Assembly: GCA_918244965.1 (NCBI GenBank)
Contig: CAKJYC010000002.1
Location: forward strand, 28,197-92,196
Length of the DNA stretch: 64,000 nt
Source: Clostridiales bacterium
Lineage (GTDB): Bacteria; Bacillota; Clostridia; Christensenellales; CAG-138
Direction of reading: 5' to 3'
Position numbers and translations under genes: made by a program. This document shows, in pieces, positions 1 to 9,265 of the stretch; position 1 is the stretch's first letter, and each line of letters starts with the position of its first letter. Under the pieces are notes generated by a model, which worked only from the letters and a program-made list of their open reading frames with translations, made no database searches and was not told the origin of the DNA.

Positions 1-1
1 A

Positions 2-1099
2 AAAAGAAAGGCGTTCATCACCGTCGGCTACATCTTATGGGGCGTGTCGATCCTTTGCTTTGCCGCGCTGCGCGTCGATTGGATCGCGGCGCTCTTCCCC
101 GCTGCCGCGCAGGACCTGACGAAGGCGATGTCGATCGGCGTTGCGCTCGTCATCGTGTTTGACTGCGTCATGACGTTCTTCGGCTCGACTGCAAACGACG
201 CGTGCTTCAACGCGTGGCTGACCGACAGCACCGACGAAACGAACCGCGGCAAGGCCGAGGGCGTCAACGCCATGATGCCGCTTATGGCGATCCTTGTCGT
301 GTTCGGCGGGACCATGTGGGCGGACGTCGAAAATCCGGCGCACTGGACGATCCTTTTCCTGATCATCGGCGGGATCGTTCTGCTCTCCGGCATTCTCGGC
401 TTCTTCCTGATCGACGAAACCGGCAAGCGCGAACCGAGTCCCGACGGGTATTTCAGGACGCTGTTCTACGGCTTCCGTCCGCACGTCATGCGGACAAACG
501 CAAAGCTGTATCTGTCGCTGCTGCTGTTCACGGTATTCGGGATTTCGATCCAGGTCTTTATGCCGTATCTGATCCTGTATTATCAGGTGACGCTGGAGCT
601 CCCTCAGTATGTGCTCATCATGGCGCCCGCGATCATCCTTGCCGCCGTCGCCACCGCATTCTACGGACGGCTGTACGATCGCTTCGGCTATCAAAAAACG
701 CTGCTGCCCGCGCTGCTTGTACTGCTGCTCGGCTATGCGATCCTGTATCTGTTCCGCGCCGTGCCGCTTGTGTTTATCGGCTCTCTTCTGATGATGTGCG
801 GCTACCTTTGCGGTATGGCCGTGTTCGGCGCGCGCATCCGCGACTGCACGCCGGAGGGTATGGCGGGCCGCTTTCAGGGGCTTCGCATCATCGGGCAGGT
901 GCTGATTCCCGGCGTGATCGGGCCGGAGATCGGTAAACTCGTACTGCGCAACGCAGAGACCGTTCCGAACAGCGACGGCACGGTTTCGTTTATCCCGAAC
1001 GAGAATATCTTTCTTTGGGCCGGGATCGTGCTCTTGCCGATCATCGCGTTCGTCGTGATCCGGTTGGTCCTGAACAGAAAGGCTGAACCGCATGCTTAA
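2..1099 (+). CDS. MFS-type sugar transporter (GPH/MFS_2-like), 5' end outside the window
   Basis: The frame is open from nt 2 (KRKAFITVGYILWG...), so the GTG at 44 in the ORF track is internal. The protein has many hydrophobic helices. Its stop overlaps the downstream GH2 start by 8 nt. Confidence 0.75.
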   Translation, partial: KRKAFITVGYILWGVSILCFAALRVDWIAALFPAAAQDLTKAMSIGVALVIVFDCVMTFFGSTANDACFNAWLTDSTDETNRGKAEGVNAMMPLMAILVVFGGTMWADVENPAHWTILFLIIGGIVLLSGILGFFLIDETGKREPSPDGYFRTLFYGFRPHVMRTNAKLYLSLLLFTVFGISIQVFMPYLILYYQVTLELPQYVLIMAPAIILAAVATAFYGRLYDRFGYQKTLLPALLVLLLGYAILYLFRAVPLVFIGSLLMMCGYLCGMAVFGARIRDCTPEGMAGRFQGLRIIGQVLIPGVIGPEIGKLVLRNAETVPNSDGTVSFIPNENIFLWAGIVLLPIIAFVVIRLVLNRKAEPHA

Positions 1100-2738
1100 C
1101 GCATATCCGCGCCCGCAGCTTCGGCGCGACAGCTTCATCAATCTGAACGGCGCTTGGGCGTTTGCCGTCACAAACGACGAGCCGCCCGCATCCTATCCCG
1201 ATACGATCGAGGTTCCCTATCCGCCCGAAGCGCCGCTGTCCGGCGTCGAACGGCGCATACAGCCGGGAGAAGCCATGTGGTATCGACGCACGTTCGCTGC
1301 GCCGGTACACACGGACGGGGAGCGCGTGCTGCTGCATTTTTGTGCGGTCGATCAGATTGCCGAGATCCTGCTGAACGGCATGCTTGTCGGCAGGCACGTC
1401 GGCGGCTATCTGCCGTTCTCTTTCGACGTCACGGAGCTTCTGCGGGCGAACAACGAGCTGATCGTGAACGCGGTCGACACGCTCGACCACACCTATCCAT
1501 GGGGCAAGCAAAAGCAAAAGCCCGGCGGCATGTGGTACACGCCGTTTTCCGGCATCGTCGGCACGGTCTGGATGGAGGTCGTTCCGACGTCTCATATCAC
1601 AGGTCTGACCCTTGTGCCGTCGCTCGACGCGATCACGGTCACCGTCGGGACGAACACGCCGTTTGCGTTCGCTCGGATCGAGATCGAAACGCTAAACGGG
1701 CCGCTCACGGTTGAAGCGACGGAGCCGACGGTTACGATCCGGATCCCCCATCCGGTCCTGTGGACGCCGGAAACGCCGCATCTGTATCCGTTGACCGTGC
1801 GCTGCGGCAACGATACGGTCCGGTCGTATTTCGGCTTACGGACCTTCTCAACAGCTTGTGTGAACGGGATCCCGCGCCTGCTGCTGAACGGCAAGCCGGT
1901 CTTTCTGCACGGGCTTCTGGATCAGGGGTACTGGCCGGACGGGCTTTGTCTGCCGCCCGACGACGGCGGATATGAGCGCGATATCCTTGCGGCTAAAGCG
2001 CAGGGCTTCAACACGATCCGCAAGCATATCCGGATCGAGCCGCTGCCGTTCTACGAAGCGTGCGACCGGCTCGGCATTCTTGTGATACAGGATTTTGTGA
2101 ACAACGGCTCCTACCGTTTTCTGCACGATACGCTGCTGCCGACGATCGGACTCAAGCGATTGCCGGATAAACGAACGAACCGCGATCCCAAAGCGCGCGC
2201 CGTGTTCCTTGAAACGGCAAAGGCAACGATCCGTCACCTGTACAATGCACCGTGCGTCGTCGGATGGACGGTATTCAATGAGGGCTGGGGACAGTTCTGT
2301 GCGGACGATGTGTACCGGAAGCTGAAGCCGCTCGATCCGACACGGTTTTTCGATACGACGTCCGGGTGGTTTCGGCAAAAAGAAAGCGACGTACAGAGCG
2401 AGCACGTTTATTTCAAACGATTTCAACCGAAACCCGGCAAAAAGCCGCTGCTGCTGTCCGAATTCGGCGGGTATGTTTTTACGGAAAATGCCGGAAAGAA
2501 GTACGGGTATCGCTTCTTTTCCAGCCGGGACGCCTACCGCGCGGCCGTTTTGAAGCTGTATCGGGAAGAGATTCTGCCCGCAATCCCGAAGGGCCTTTGC
2601 GGCGCGATCTATACGCAGCTGTCCGACGTCGAGCAGGAACGAAACGGGATCCTTACATATGACCGTACAGAAACCAAAACAGACGCGGCGGAAATGAAAG
2701 CGCTTGCCGACGCGCTGTATCGGGAAATCGGCAATTAA
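1092..2738 (+). CDS. Glycoside hydrolase family 2 (short beta-galactosidase/beta-glucuronidase-like form)
   Basis: N-terminal sugar-binding signature NGMLVGRHVGGYLPFSFDVT. Acid/base motif WTVFNEGWG and nucleophile motif LLLSEFGG. Translationally coupled to the MFS gene. Confidence 0.85.
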   Translation: MLNAYPRPQLRRDSFINLNGAWAFAVTNDEPPASYPDTIEVPYPPEAPLSGVERRIQPGEAMWYRRTFAAPVHTDGERVLLHFCAVDQIAEILLNGMLVGRHVGGYLPFSFDVTELLRANNELIVNAVDTLDHTYPWGKQKQKPGGMWYTPFSGIVGTVWMEVVPTSHITGLTLVPSLDAITVTVGTNTPFAFARIEIETLNGPLTVEATEPTVTIRIPHPVLWTPETPHLYPLTVRCGNDTVRSYFGLRTFSTACVNGIPRLLLNGKPVFLHGLLDQGYWPDGLCLPPDDGGYERDILAAKAQGFNTIRKHIRIEPLPFYEACDRLGILVIQDFVNNGSYRFLHDTLLPTIGLKRLPDKRTNRDPKARAVFLETAKATIRHLYNAPCVVGWTVFNEGWGQFCADDVYRKLKPLDPTRFFDTTSGWFRQKESDVQSEHVYFKRFQPKPGKKPLLLSEFGGYVFTENAGKKYGYRFFSSRDAYRAAVLKLYREEILPAIPKGLCGAIYTQLSDVEQERNGILTYDRTETKTDAAEMKALADALYREIGN

Positions 2739-2742
2739 ATAC

Positions 2743-2770
2743 AAAAAGGACCGCAAGATGCGGTCCTTTT
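2743..2770. terminator. Bidirectional rho-independent terminator between GH2 (+) and HU (-)
   Basis: Stem ggaccgc / gcggtcc with a 5-nt loop, flanked by A5 on the left and T4 on the right. Confidence 0.7.
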
Positions 2771-2785
2771 ATGTATTGAAAATGC

Positions 2786-3058
2786 TTAGTTCAGAGCGTC
2801 CTTGAGCGCCTTGCCGGCCTTGAACGATGCGGACTTAGACGCAGCGATTTCGATCTCCATGCCGGTTGCCGGGTTGTGGCCCTTGCGTGCCGGGCGGGTC
2901 TTGGTCTCAAAGGAACCGAAGCCTGCAACAGAAACCTTCTCGTCCGCCTTGAGTGCGTCGACGATGGTTGCAACAACCGCGTTCACGGCCTTCTCTGCGT
3001 CCTTCTTGGACAGTTCGCTCTTCTCTGCAACTGCAGCGATCAGATCAGTCTTATTCAT
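2786..3058 (-). CDS. hup: DNA-binding protein HU
   Basis: [29 protein letters not shown]...[21 protein letters not shown] is a classic HU sequence. The ATG at 3058 is preceded by GGAGGAATTA, so the 110-aa ORF-track version is over-extended. Confidence 0.95.
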   Translation of the reverse strand: MNKTDLIAAVAEKSELSKKDAEKAVNAVVATIVDALKADEKVSVAGFGSFETKTRPARKGHNPATGMEIEIAASKSASFKAGKALKDALN

Positions 3059-3118
3059 TGTAATTCCTCCGTATATATATTTCAATTGTGTAGTGGTCCG
3101 TTTCAACGAACATTGCAT

Positions 3119-3147
3119 ATTGTAGCAATCAAATCCGTATCCGTCAA
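3119..3147 (-). promoter_or_regulatory. Sigma-A-type promoter for hup
   Basis: On the - strand, TTGACG-17 nt-TACAAT sits about 60 nt upstream of the HU start codon. Confidence 0.55.
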
Positions 3148-3163
3148 CCCCTAAATTTGAAAT

Positions 3164-4585
3164 TCATCCGATAAAATGGGATTTTTTTGCTTTTTCCCAA
3201 TAGAAATCCTGCTCCTTCAGCGTCAGTTTCGATAATTCGAAACCGTCTTCCCGTGCAAGCGTCTCCATCCTGCCAAATCGCTCGATAAACTTGTCCGATG
3301 CATCATGCAGGACCTGTTCGCTGTCAAGACCCAGGAGCCGGATCACATTGACCACGGCGAAGAGCAGATCCCCCGCTTCCTCCGGAACGCATCCGTCGCC
3401 TTGCATGGCGGCCTTCAGTTCGTCGATCTCCTCACTGACCTTCGGCATTGCCTCGTCGGCGTCATGCCAGTCAAAGCCGACCTTACGTGCGCGGTTCTGC
3501 ACCTTGCTCGCACGCATCAGCGCAGGAAACCGCTTCGGTACTGCGCAGAGAACTTCCTTTTGCGTTTTCTGGTTCTTTTCCTTTTGCTTAAGCTCGTCCC
3601 AGCGCACCAGCACGTCGGCGGCGCTTTCCGCCTTCTCCGTACCGAATACGTGCGGATGCCGGTAAACCATCTTTTTAACAATGCCGTCGGCAACATCGCG
3701 TTCGGTAAACCGTCCCTGCTCGTCCGCGATCGTCGAATGGAACACGACGTCCATCAGCACGTCGCCGAGCTCCTCGACAATGTGTGCATCGTCCCGCTCG
3801 TCGATCGCGTCGTTCAATTCGTAACACTCTTCAATGAGATCGCCCTTGAGGCTCTCGTGCGTCTGCTCGCGGTCCCAGGGACAGCCGCCCGGCGCGCGAA
3901 GCCGATGCATCACGGCGACAAGGTCATAATAGCCGTAGCGCGTGCGCTGTTCAAACGGTGCAGGCTTCACATATAGAACCGAGCCCGCAAAGAGCGTGCG
4001 GCGGCGATCCAGCTCCGACAGCGGGAACGTGCGGCAGGCATAATGCCCGTCCGGCTGCAGCGTTGCAAGCGTGACCGGCCATTCCTCCGGGTAGTATTCC
4101 GAAAGCAGCAGCTTGACCTCGCCCGCAATGATCGGATTGTCAATCTCCTGTACGAGAAGCGGTACATCCGGGTCGAGGCGCTTCGGCAATGTGCGCGCCG
4201 TAAAAAGCGTCGCATCCTGGATCGCCGGAAAAGCCGCCTTGGCATAGGAAACGCCGGGCAGCACGTCCACGCGGAAGCCCTTGCGTTTTGCGGCTGTTTC
4301 GATCGCAGGAAGCTGCGCAAAACAGCCGTCGCCCATGACGGCATACACGCAGTCCTCGCCAGACACAAGGCGGTCTGCAATTGCGTTGTTCAGCGCATCG
4401 TAATCCGATGCGGATTCATACAGATCATCCATGGAAACAAACGGCAGTTTGGCGTCGAGAACCGGTTTTGCCGAAGGATGCTCCGTCGTTTGCAGATACA
4501 GCGTTTTTGCGCACAAAACGGCGTCCCACGCGGCACGCGTCAGCGTTTTGGGCGTGGACAGCGGTGCGATCGTAATGGTTTTCAT
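3164..4585 (-). CDS. mazG: YabN-type fusion of an N-terminal tetrapyrrole-methylase-like domain and a C-terminal MazG NTP pyrophosphohydrolase
   Basis: The C-terminal half carries duplicated MazG EExGDxxxxV-like motifs (VEELGDVLMDVV, EEAGDLLFAVVNV). Start MKTITIAP at 4585 follows AAGGAGATAAC, so the upstream part of the track ORF is not supported. Confidence 0.88.
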   Translation of the reverse strand: MKTITIAPLSTPKTLTRAAWDAVLCAKTLYLQTTEHPSAKPVLDAKLPFVSMDDLYESASDYDALNNAIADRLVSGEDCVYAVMGDGCFAQLPAIETAAKRKGFRVDVLPGVSYAKAAFPAIQDATLFTARTLPKRLDPDVPLLVQEIDNPIIAGEVKLLLSEYYPEEWPVTLATLQPDGHYACRTFPLSELDRRRTLFAGSVLYVKPAPFEQRTRYGYYDLVAVMHRLRAPGGCPWDREQTHESLKGDLIEECYELNDAIDERDDAHIVEELGDVLMDVVFHSTIADEQGRFTERDVADGIVKKMVYRHPHVFGTEKAESAADVLVRWDELKQKEKNQKTQKEVLCAVPKRFPALMRASKVQNRARKVGFDWHDADEAMPKVSEEIDELKAAMQGDGCVPEEAGDLLFAVVNVIRLLGLDSEQVLHDASDKFIERFGRMETLAREDGFELSKLTLKEQDFYWEKAKKSHFIG

Positions 4586-4586
4586 G

Positions 4587-6224
4587 TTATCTCCTTGCAA
4601 AGCGGGCGAGCTTTCTGCCGCCCGGAATATAAGCCAGTTCGTCCTTTGTGAAGATGGCAAACAGCACCATGAACAGCAGGTAAACGACGATCGCAACAAG
4701 GATCGCGATCACCGCCGGAATACGCGCCATCATGCCGGATTGGAACAGAGACAGCTTGGACAGCAGCTCGTTCGTCCCCCATGCCGCACCGCCCATCAGC
4801 GCGGATGCAAGCGTTGGCTTGAGAAATGTATCCATGATGTTGATCTTCGCCTTTGTAATGCGCAGCAGCGCGACGGTATCGAGAATGCCCGCGATGCCGA
4901 AGCAGGCAAGATTCGAGATGACCGCCCCAAGGATGTTGACGCTCTTCATGGGAATGAAGATGAAGTTGACGGCGACCTTGGTGAGTCCGCCGATCAGCAG
5001 AAAATACATCGGAAGCCGGTGTTTGCCGGCGCCCTGCAGCGCGCCGGTTGCGGTTTGCACCAGTGAGATGAACACGACCGTGAAGGCGGCCACGCGCATC
5101 AACGGCTCGGCGATCGCAAGCGCATCCCAGAATTTCGGATCGCTGCGCATATACAGCAGCTTGATGATCGGTCCGGCCAGTACGGAGAGTCCGACTGCGC
5201 AGGGAATGCCGATCGCCATTGCGATTTTTAGGCTCAGAAGCGACAGGTGCTGTACGTCGCTGCGATCCTGCCGGATGCGCGCCGCAGAGATCGCCGGCAC
5301 GATCGACATGGCGACGCCGACCGTCAGCGTTGCGGGCAGGTTGATAACGGAACGCACATAGGTGCAGAGCGAAGTATAGCTGAGTTCGGCTGTCTCCTTC
5401 GTAAACCCGGCTTTCAGGAGAAGCTGCTCGATCATGGAGGAGTCGAGCATGTTGGCGATGGGCAGGATCGACGCGCCGAGCGTGATCGGGATCGCAATGA
5501 CGAGCATCGGGCCGATCACCTTCCCGTGCGGATCCGGATCCTCGATCAGTGCTTTGTATTCTTTGCGCGCGCGAAGATAGAAAACGATCATCACGATGAG
5601 CGCAAGGGCTTCGGAGATCGTAACGCCGAGAAGCAGTCCGGCTGCGCCTGCTGCATACTGAAACGCCGTTCCCTCATATTTGCGGAACAGCACCGATGCG
5701 AGCACCAGTCCGAATATGAATTTGAACACCTGCTCAGCAAGCTGCGATACGCTCGTACCGGTCATGCGCTGCAGGCCCTGCAGATAGCCGCGGTACGCGC
5801 AGATCACGGAGACGAACAGCAGCGCGGGCGCAAGTGCCATCAACGAATATTCGATGCCGTCCTTTGCGCCCAGAAGAACCGTTCCGATCCATCTTGCGCC
5901 GAAGAACATGAACGCGGATGTGACGGCGCCGATCAGCAGAAGCAGCAGGAGCGAACGATGAAAGACGCGCTTTGCACCATCATAATTGCCGACGGCGGCA
6001 CGCTCCGCAACCATGCGGGAGATCGCGGTCGGAATGCCGGAGCTTGCGATGATCAGAAGCCACGAGTATACCGGAAATACCTTTTCATAAAAGTACATGC
6101 CGTCCTCAAGGATCGTGCGGACCGCAAAAATGCGAATCAGTACGCCGATCACCTTGCAGACAAGCCCTGCGATCGTCAGAATGGCCGCGCCTTTGACAAA
6201 TGCTGTTTTCTTCGTCGTTTCCAT
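4587..6224 (-). CDS. MOP-superfamily polysaccharide/lipid II flippase (MurJ/SpoVB/YabM-like)
   Basis: About 14 hydrophobic helices. N-terminus FVKGAAILTIAGLVCKVIGVLIRIF...SSGIPTAISRMVAE is typical of SpoVB/YabM-type proteins. ATG at 6224 is preferred over GTG at 6230 (see the promoter feature). Confidence 0.85.
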   Translation of the reverse strand: METTKKTAFVKGAAILTIAGLVCKVIGVLIRIFAVRTILEDGMYFYEKVFPVYSWLLIIASSGIPTAISRMVAERAAVGNYDGAKRVFHRSLLLLLLIGAVTSAFMFFGARWIGTVLLGAKDGIEYSLMALAPALLFVSVICAYRGYLQGLQRMTGTSVSQLAEQVFKFIFGLVLASVLFRKYEGTAFQYAAGAAGLLLGVTISEALALIVMIVFYLRARKEYKALIEDPDPHGKVIGPMLVIAIPITLGASILPIANMLDSSMIEQLLLKAGFTKETAELSYTSLCTYVRSVINLPATLTVGVAMSIVPAISAARIRQDRSDVQHLSLLSLKIAMAIGIPCAVGLSVLAGPIIKLLYMRSDPKFWDALAIAEPLMRVAAFTVVFISLVQTATGALQGAGKHRLPMYFLLIGGLTKVAVNFIFIPMKSVNILGAVISNLACFGIAGILDTVALLRITKAKINIMDTFLKPTLASALMGGAAWGTNELLSKLSLFQSGMMARIPAVIAILVAIVVYLLFMVLFAIFTKDELAYIPGGRKLARFARR

Positions 6225-6230
6225 GCGCAC

Positions 6231-6259
6231 AGTATAGCAGATACGGTGCCGGTTTTCAA
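6231..6259 (-). promoter_or_regulatory. Sigma-A-type promoter with extended -10, placed for a leaderless transcript of the flippase gene
   Basis: On the - strand, TTGAAA-17 nt-TGcTATACT. Only 6 nt separate the -10 from ATG 6224, and no Shine-Dalgarno sequence is present. Confidence 0.45.
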
Positions 6260-6262
6260 GTA

Positions 6263-7537
6263 TCAGTCATATGACTGCAATGCAGCGGTGAAAATTCCTT
6301 CGTTTTCCGCATACAGCGAAAAAAGCGCAGTGATCGGCAGCGGATTCTCTCCCTTGCCTGCTTCGATCGTGAACGCCTTTTGGCCGAGTGCGCCGATCAC
6401 CCAGTCCTTGTAGCCCGCATAGCTGCTGCCCTGCGGCACGGTCGCGACGCGATACCCGGACGCTTCGGAAAACCGCCGTGCGAGCGCGTACGAGCCATCC
6501 GGCGCATAGCCCTGATACTCCCAATAAATCTCGCCGCCCTGTGTGTGGTAAGCGATCGCGCAGTCAAAGCGTTCCCTGCGTGTCAGTTCGTACATCGCAC
6601 GATCCTCCGGCGCCTCAAGCGGCGCAGTTCCGACATAATCGCGCGGACCCGGACGCGTATAGCCCTGCGCATACTTGATCGAGCGCGCATTCTCCCAACC
6701 GGCCGGATAGCCGAGGTTCAGGTCGACGCCGCGAATGTTCGACTTCCAGCCGGACGGAAACGGGATCGACGGATAAAACGCGGACAGAGCCTTTGCGCTT
6801 TCATAATAACTGTCGCCCTCCCCGATCGCGCCAGTCACCAAATCGACGCCGTCCGGATTCACCAGCGGCACCAACGTCAGCGTCGACTCCCGATACAGCT
6901 CTCGCGCGGACGCGCCGCTGATCGTGCCGTCGCCTGCATAACCTTTCGCGTACCGTTCCAGAAACAGCAGCACAAGCGGCGTCGTGATCCATTCGTTGGC
7001 ATGATGCGACGCGTTGATCCCGACGCGCCGCGTTCCCTCCCCGATCGTGATCGCTTCGATGCTGCGTCCCATGACGCTCGCTCCGATCACGGACCGCTTC
7101 ACAAACGGGTAGCGCAGGCAAAGGCCCTCCAACACGCAGGCGGTCAAAAAAGATGAATACGAAAGGTCTGTAAAGACGACGTCGAACGGCAGCGGCACGA
7201 CGATCTCCTCGCCCGCCGTCCATGTCGCCTCCGGATTGGCTGTACGAATCATCGCTGCGTCGGCGCCGAATCGTTCTGCAAGCGAGTCCGGCGTTTCGCC
7301 CTCTGAAAGCCGTGCAAACGTCACGCCGCACAGATACGGATAGAGCGCCGTCCATGTCATTCGATCGGTGACGCCTTCTGCGCGCAGGCCAAACCGCGTC
7401 TGAAAGCGTACAAGCGCGCGCTCGGTGCGCCGTCCGAAGATCCCGTCGATTTCTCCCGGCTCCTCCCCCGCGCGCAAAAGCGCGGCCTGCAAGTATTGTA
7501 CTAACAATCCCGTATCACCGAATCGAAGCGTCTGCAT
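6263..7537 (-). CDS. M14 zinc carboxypeptidase/gamma-D-glutamyl-meso-diaminopimelate peptidase-like protein with N-terminal peptidoglycan-binding and LysM-like modules
   Basis: PG_binding_1-like N-terminus (GDTGLLVQYLQAALL...DGIFGRRTERALVRFQ). LysM-like segment (GETPDSLAERFGADAAMIRTANP). Zinc motif HHANEW. RBS GGAGGAGACGAT precedes the ATG. Confidence 0.85.
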   Translation of the reverse strand: MQTLRFGDTGLLVQYLQAALLRAGEEPGEIDGIFGRRTERALVRFQTRFGLRAEGVTDRMTWTALYPYLCGVTFARLSEGETPDSLAERFGADAAMIRTANPEATWTAGEEIVVPLPFDVVFTDLSYSSFLTACVLEGLCLRYPFVKRSVIGASVMGRSIEAITIGEGTRRVGINASHHANEWITTPLVLLFLERYAKGYAGDGTISGASARELYRESTLTLVPLVNPDGVDLVTGAIGEGDSYYESAKALSAFYPSIPFPSGWKSNIRGVDLNLGYPAGWENARSIKYAQGYTRPGPRDYVGTAPLEAPEDRAMYELTRRERFDCAIAYHTQGGEIYWEYQGYAPDGSYALARRFSEASGYRVATVPQGSSYAGYKDWVIGALGQKAFTIEAGKGENPLPITALFSLYAENEGIFTAALQSYD

Positions 7538-7582
7538 ATCGTCTCCTCCGTCGTTTTTGCTATTCTATGCGCCGCAATGCAC

Positions 7583-7608
7583 AAAAAGCCCGCTCACGCG
7601 GAGCGGGT
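7583..7608 (-). terminator. Rho-independent terminator after the first S41-like gene
   Basis: Stem cccgctc / gagcggg with a 5-nt loop, followed by a T5 run on the - strand. Confidence 0.6.
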
Positions 7609-7622
7609 CTTGGATCGGTTGT

Positions 7623-9095
7623 TCAGTTTTCGGAGTCCAGGATGTATTTCAGAACGCTGTCGACGCCGTCGAGATAGTCGTCCCACGTCTCGTATATGAT
7701 GACCTCCGGCATGAGCGGTCCGTCGCCGTATTCCGGCCAGAAATCCGCGTAGAGCGTCGAGCACTTGAACGTTAAGCCGGAATTCGGCATCGTGTACACG
7801 GGCCCGTAGAAGAAGCGTACCGGCTGTCCGCCCGGCGTTCCGACCAGCTGCACCCGATCCACGCGGCGGCACAGCATGGAGGGCAGCGCGATCGCGCCGG
7901 AAAAGCTCTCATTGTTGATGAGGACATAAGCTTGCGCGCCGGACGCATTCAGGTAGTTCACAAGTCTGATATAGTTTCCGTTCAGATCCGGTAATCCTCC
8001 CGGATTGCTGCGCAGGTCGACGATGACCTTCCTCAGTTTTCCGGTCTCTCCCGCCTGCTCGAACGCATCGTCGAGCACCTTGCCGAAAGCGTCGTCCGCA
8101 TTGCATTCGTTAATCCTCAGATACAGCGCTTCTCCGTCCGCGAGCAGGCGGAACCACGCTGCGACGGTCCGATCGGATTCCGGCAAGTGGATATCGGCGT
8201 CGCCCGGTGCAACGTCCGGCAGATAATATGTTTGCGGCGCGCTGAGGTAATCGCCGATCACCGATACGATCTCGATCTCCGATTCCTCCCCATCGCGGGA
8301 AAGCACGGTCAGGCGGGCGGTATTCCCGCTGTCCATGACGCCGATATAGCGCAGTACGGAGCTCGACGAAAGAACACTGCTGCGGTATCCGACGACCAAA
8401 GCATCCAGCGCCGAATCCGTTTCATAATGCATGATCGGTTTCAACTTTTCCCGGATCTCCGGAAGCGCGAAGCCGTTGATGGCGATCAGGCGCTTGCCGA
8501 GAAGCGCATCCGTGTATTCCTCACTGCATGCGTCGATCACGCAGGCAATGCCGTCTTCTGATTGGATCTGCATAACCCAGAACGGCAGGTACTCGTTCCT
8601 CGCCGCGTCTGTTTGTCTGATGAATGCATGCAGATCCGGCAGCAGCGCAACAACCTCCCACAAGCCGAATATGATCTCTTCGTCCGTTCTTTCGGGAATC
8701 GAGAGAATGATCTCGTTGATCTTGTCGATGAACCGCGCCTTGAGCGCCGGATCGAAGAATTTCTGACTGCCGCTTGACGCGATCCGAAGCAGTGTCGAAT
8801 CATAGATGGTGGTCGTTTGGATCCGGTCCGAAATGAGCGCATGTCCGTTGTACGGATCGAGGTACATATTCGCAAAGTATACGATATCCTCCTCCCATTT
8901 CCGGTCGCGCTCGTCCGTCATGATATAGTTGTACGGCTTGCGGGCATCGACATACGGCGGTGAGGGTTCTTCGGTCGGCGCAGACGTATCCTGTCCGACG
9001 ATCGGCGCTGCGCTTGCAGATTCAGCCGTTTGCTGTATGCCGCAGCCGATCGGCAGCAGCATCAGCGCGAGCAGACAGATCAGAAACCGTTTCAT
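7623..9095 (-). CDS. S41-family (C-terminal processing peptidase-like) lipoprotein, paralog 1
   Basis: Lipobox MKRFLICLLALMLLPIGCG. PDZ-like LIAINGFALPEIRE. S41 signature VIVDLRSNPGG and NESFSGAI. Start at 9095 follows GGAAGGAG. Confidence 0.8.
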   Translation of the reverse strand: MKRFLICLLALMLLPIGCGIQQTAESASAAPIVGQDTSAPTEEPSPPYVDARKPYNYIMTDERDRKWEEDIVYFANMYLDPYNGHALISDRIQTTTIYDSTLLRIASSGSQKFFDPALKARFIDKINEIILSIPERTDEEIIFGLWEVVALLPDLHAFIRQTDAARNEYLPFWVMQIQSEDGIACVIDACSEEYTDALLGKRLIAINGFALPEIREKLKPIMHYETDSALDALVVGYRSSVLSSSSVLRYIGVMDSGNTARLTVLSRDGEESEIEIVSVIGDYLSAPQTYYLPDVAPGDADIHLPESDRTVAAWFRLLADGEALYLRINECNADDAFGKVLDDAFEQAGETGKLRKVIVDLRSNPGGLPDLNGNYIRLVNYLNASGAQAYVLINNESFSGAIALPSMLCRRVDRVQLVGTPGGQPVRFFYGPVYTMPNSGLTFKCSTLYADFWPEYGDGPLMPEVIIYETWDDYLDGVDSVLKYILDSEN

Positions 9096-9265
9096 AGTGT
9101 ACTCCTTCCCGGATTGCGGCTCGTCATATGAAACGTCCCCTTTGATTCTGTAATCAGTATGCCATTCTTTTCTTCGTTTGTACATGAACGGTTCCCCGGT
9201 TTACGCACGTATATTTCCGTATCATCAGCGAGATAGAAGGCCTGACGCCGCCAAATGCCGTCCGT

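Noticed and set aside
2786-3118. N-terminal extensions in the ORF track. Examples: HU 110 aa, mazG 511 aa, S41 520 aa, remA 107 aa, XRE 398 aa, def 194 aa, stp 278 aa, rpe 233 aa, GT2 369 aa, glycosidase 506 aa, SDR 276 aa, dnaG 592 aa, and HATPases of 219 and 188 aa.
   Set aside because: In each case an internal ATG or GTG preceded by a GGAGG-type RBS, or by a 4-nt stop/start overlap, begins the conserved part of the protein. The extension either runs through non-coding, AT-rich sequence or through the upstream gene.
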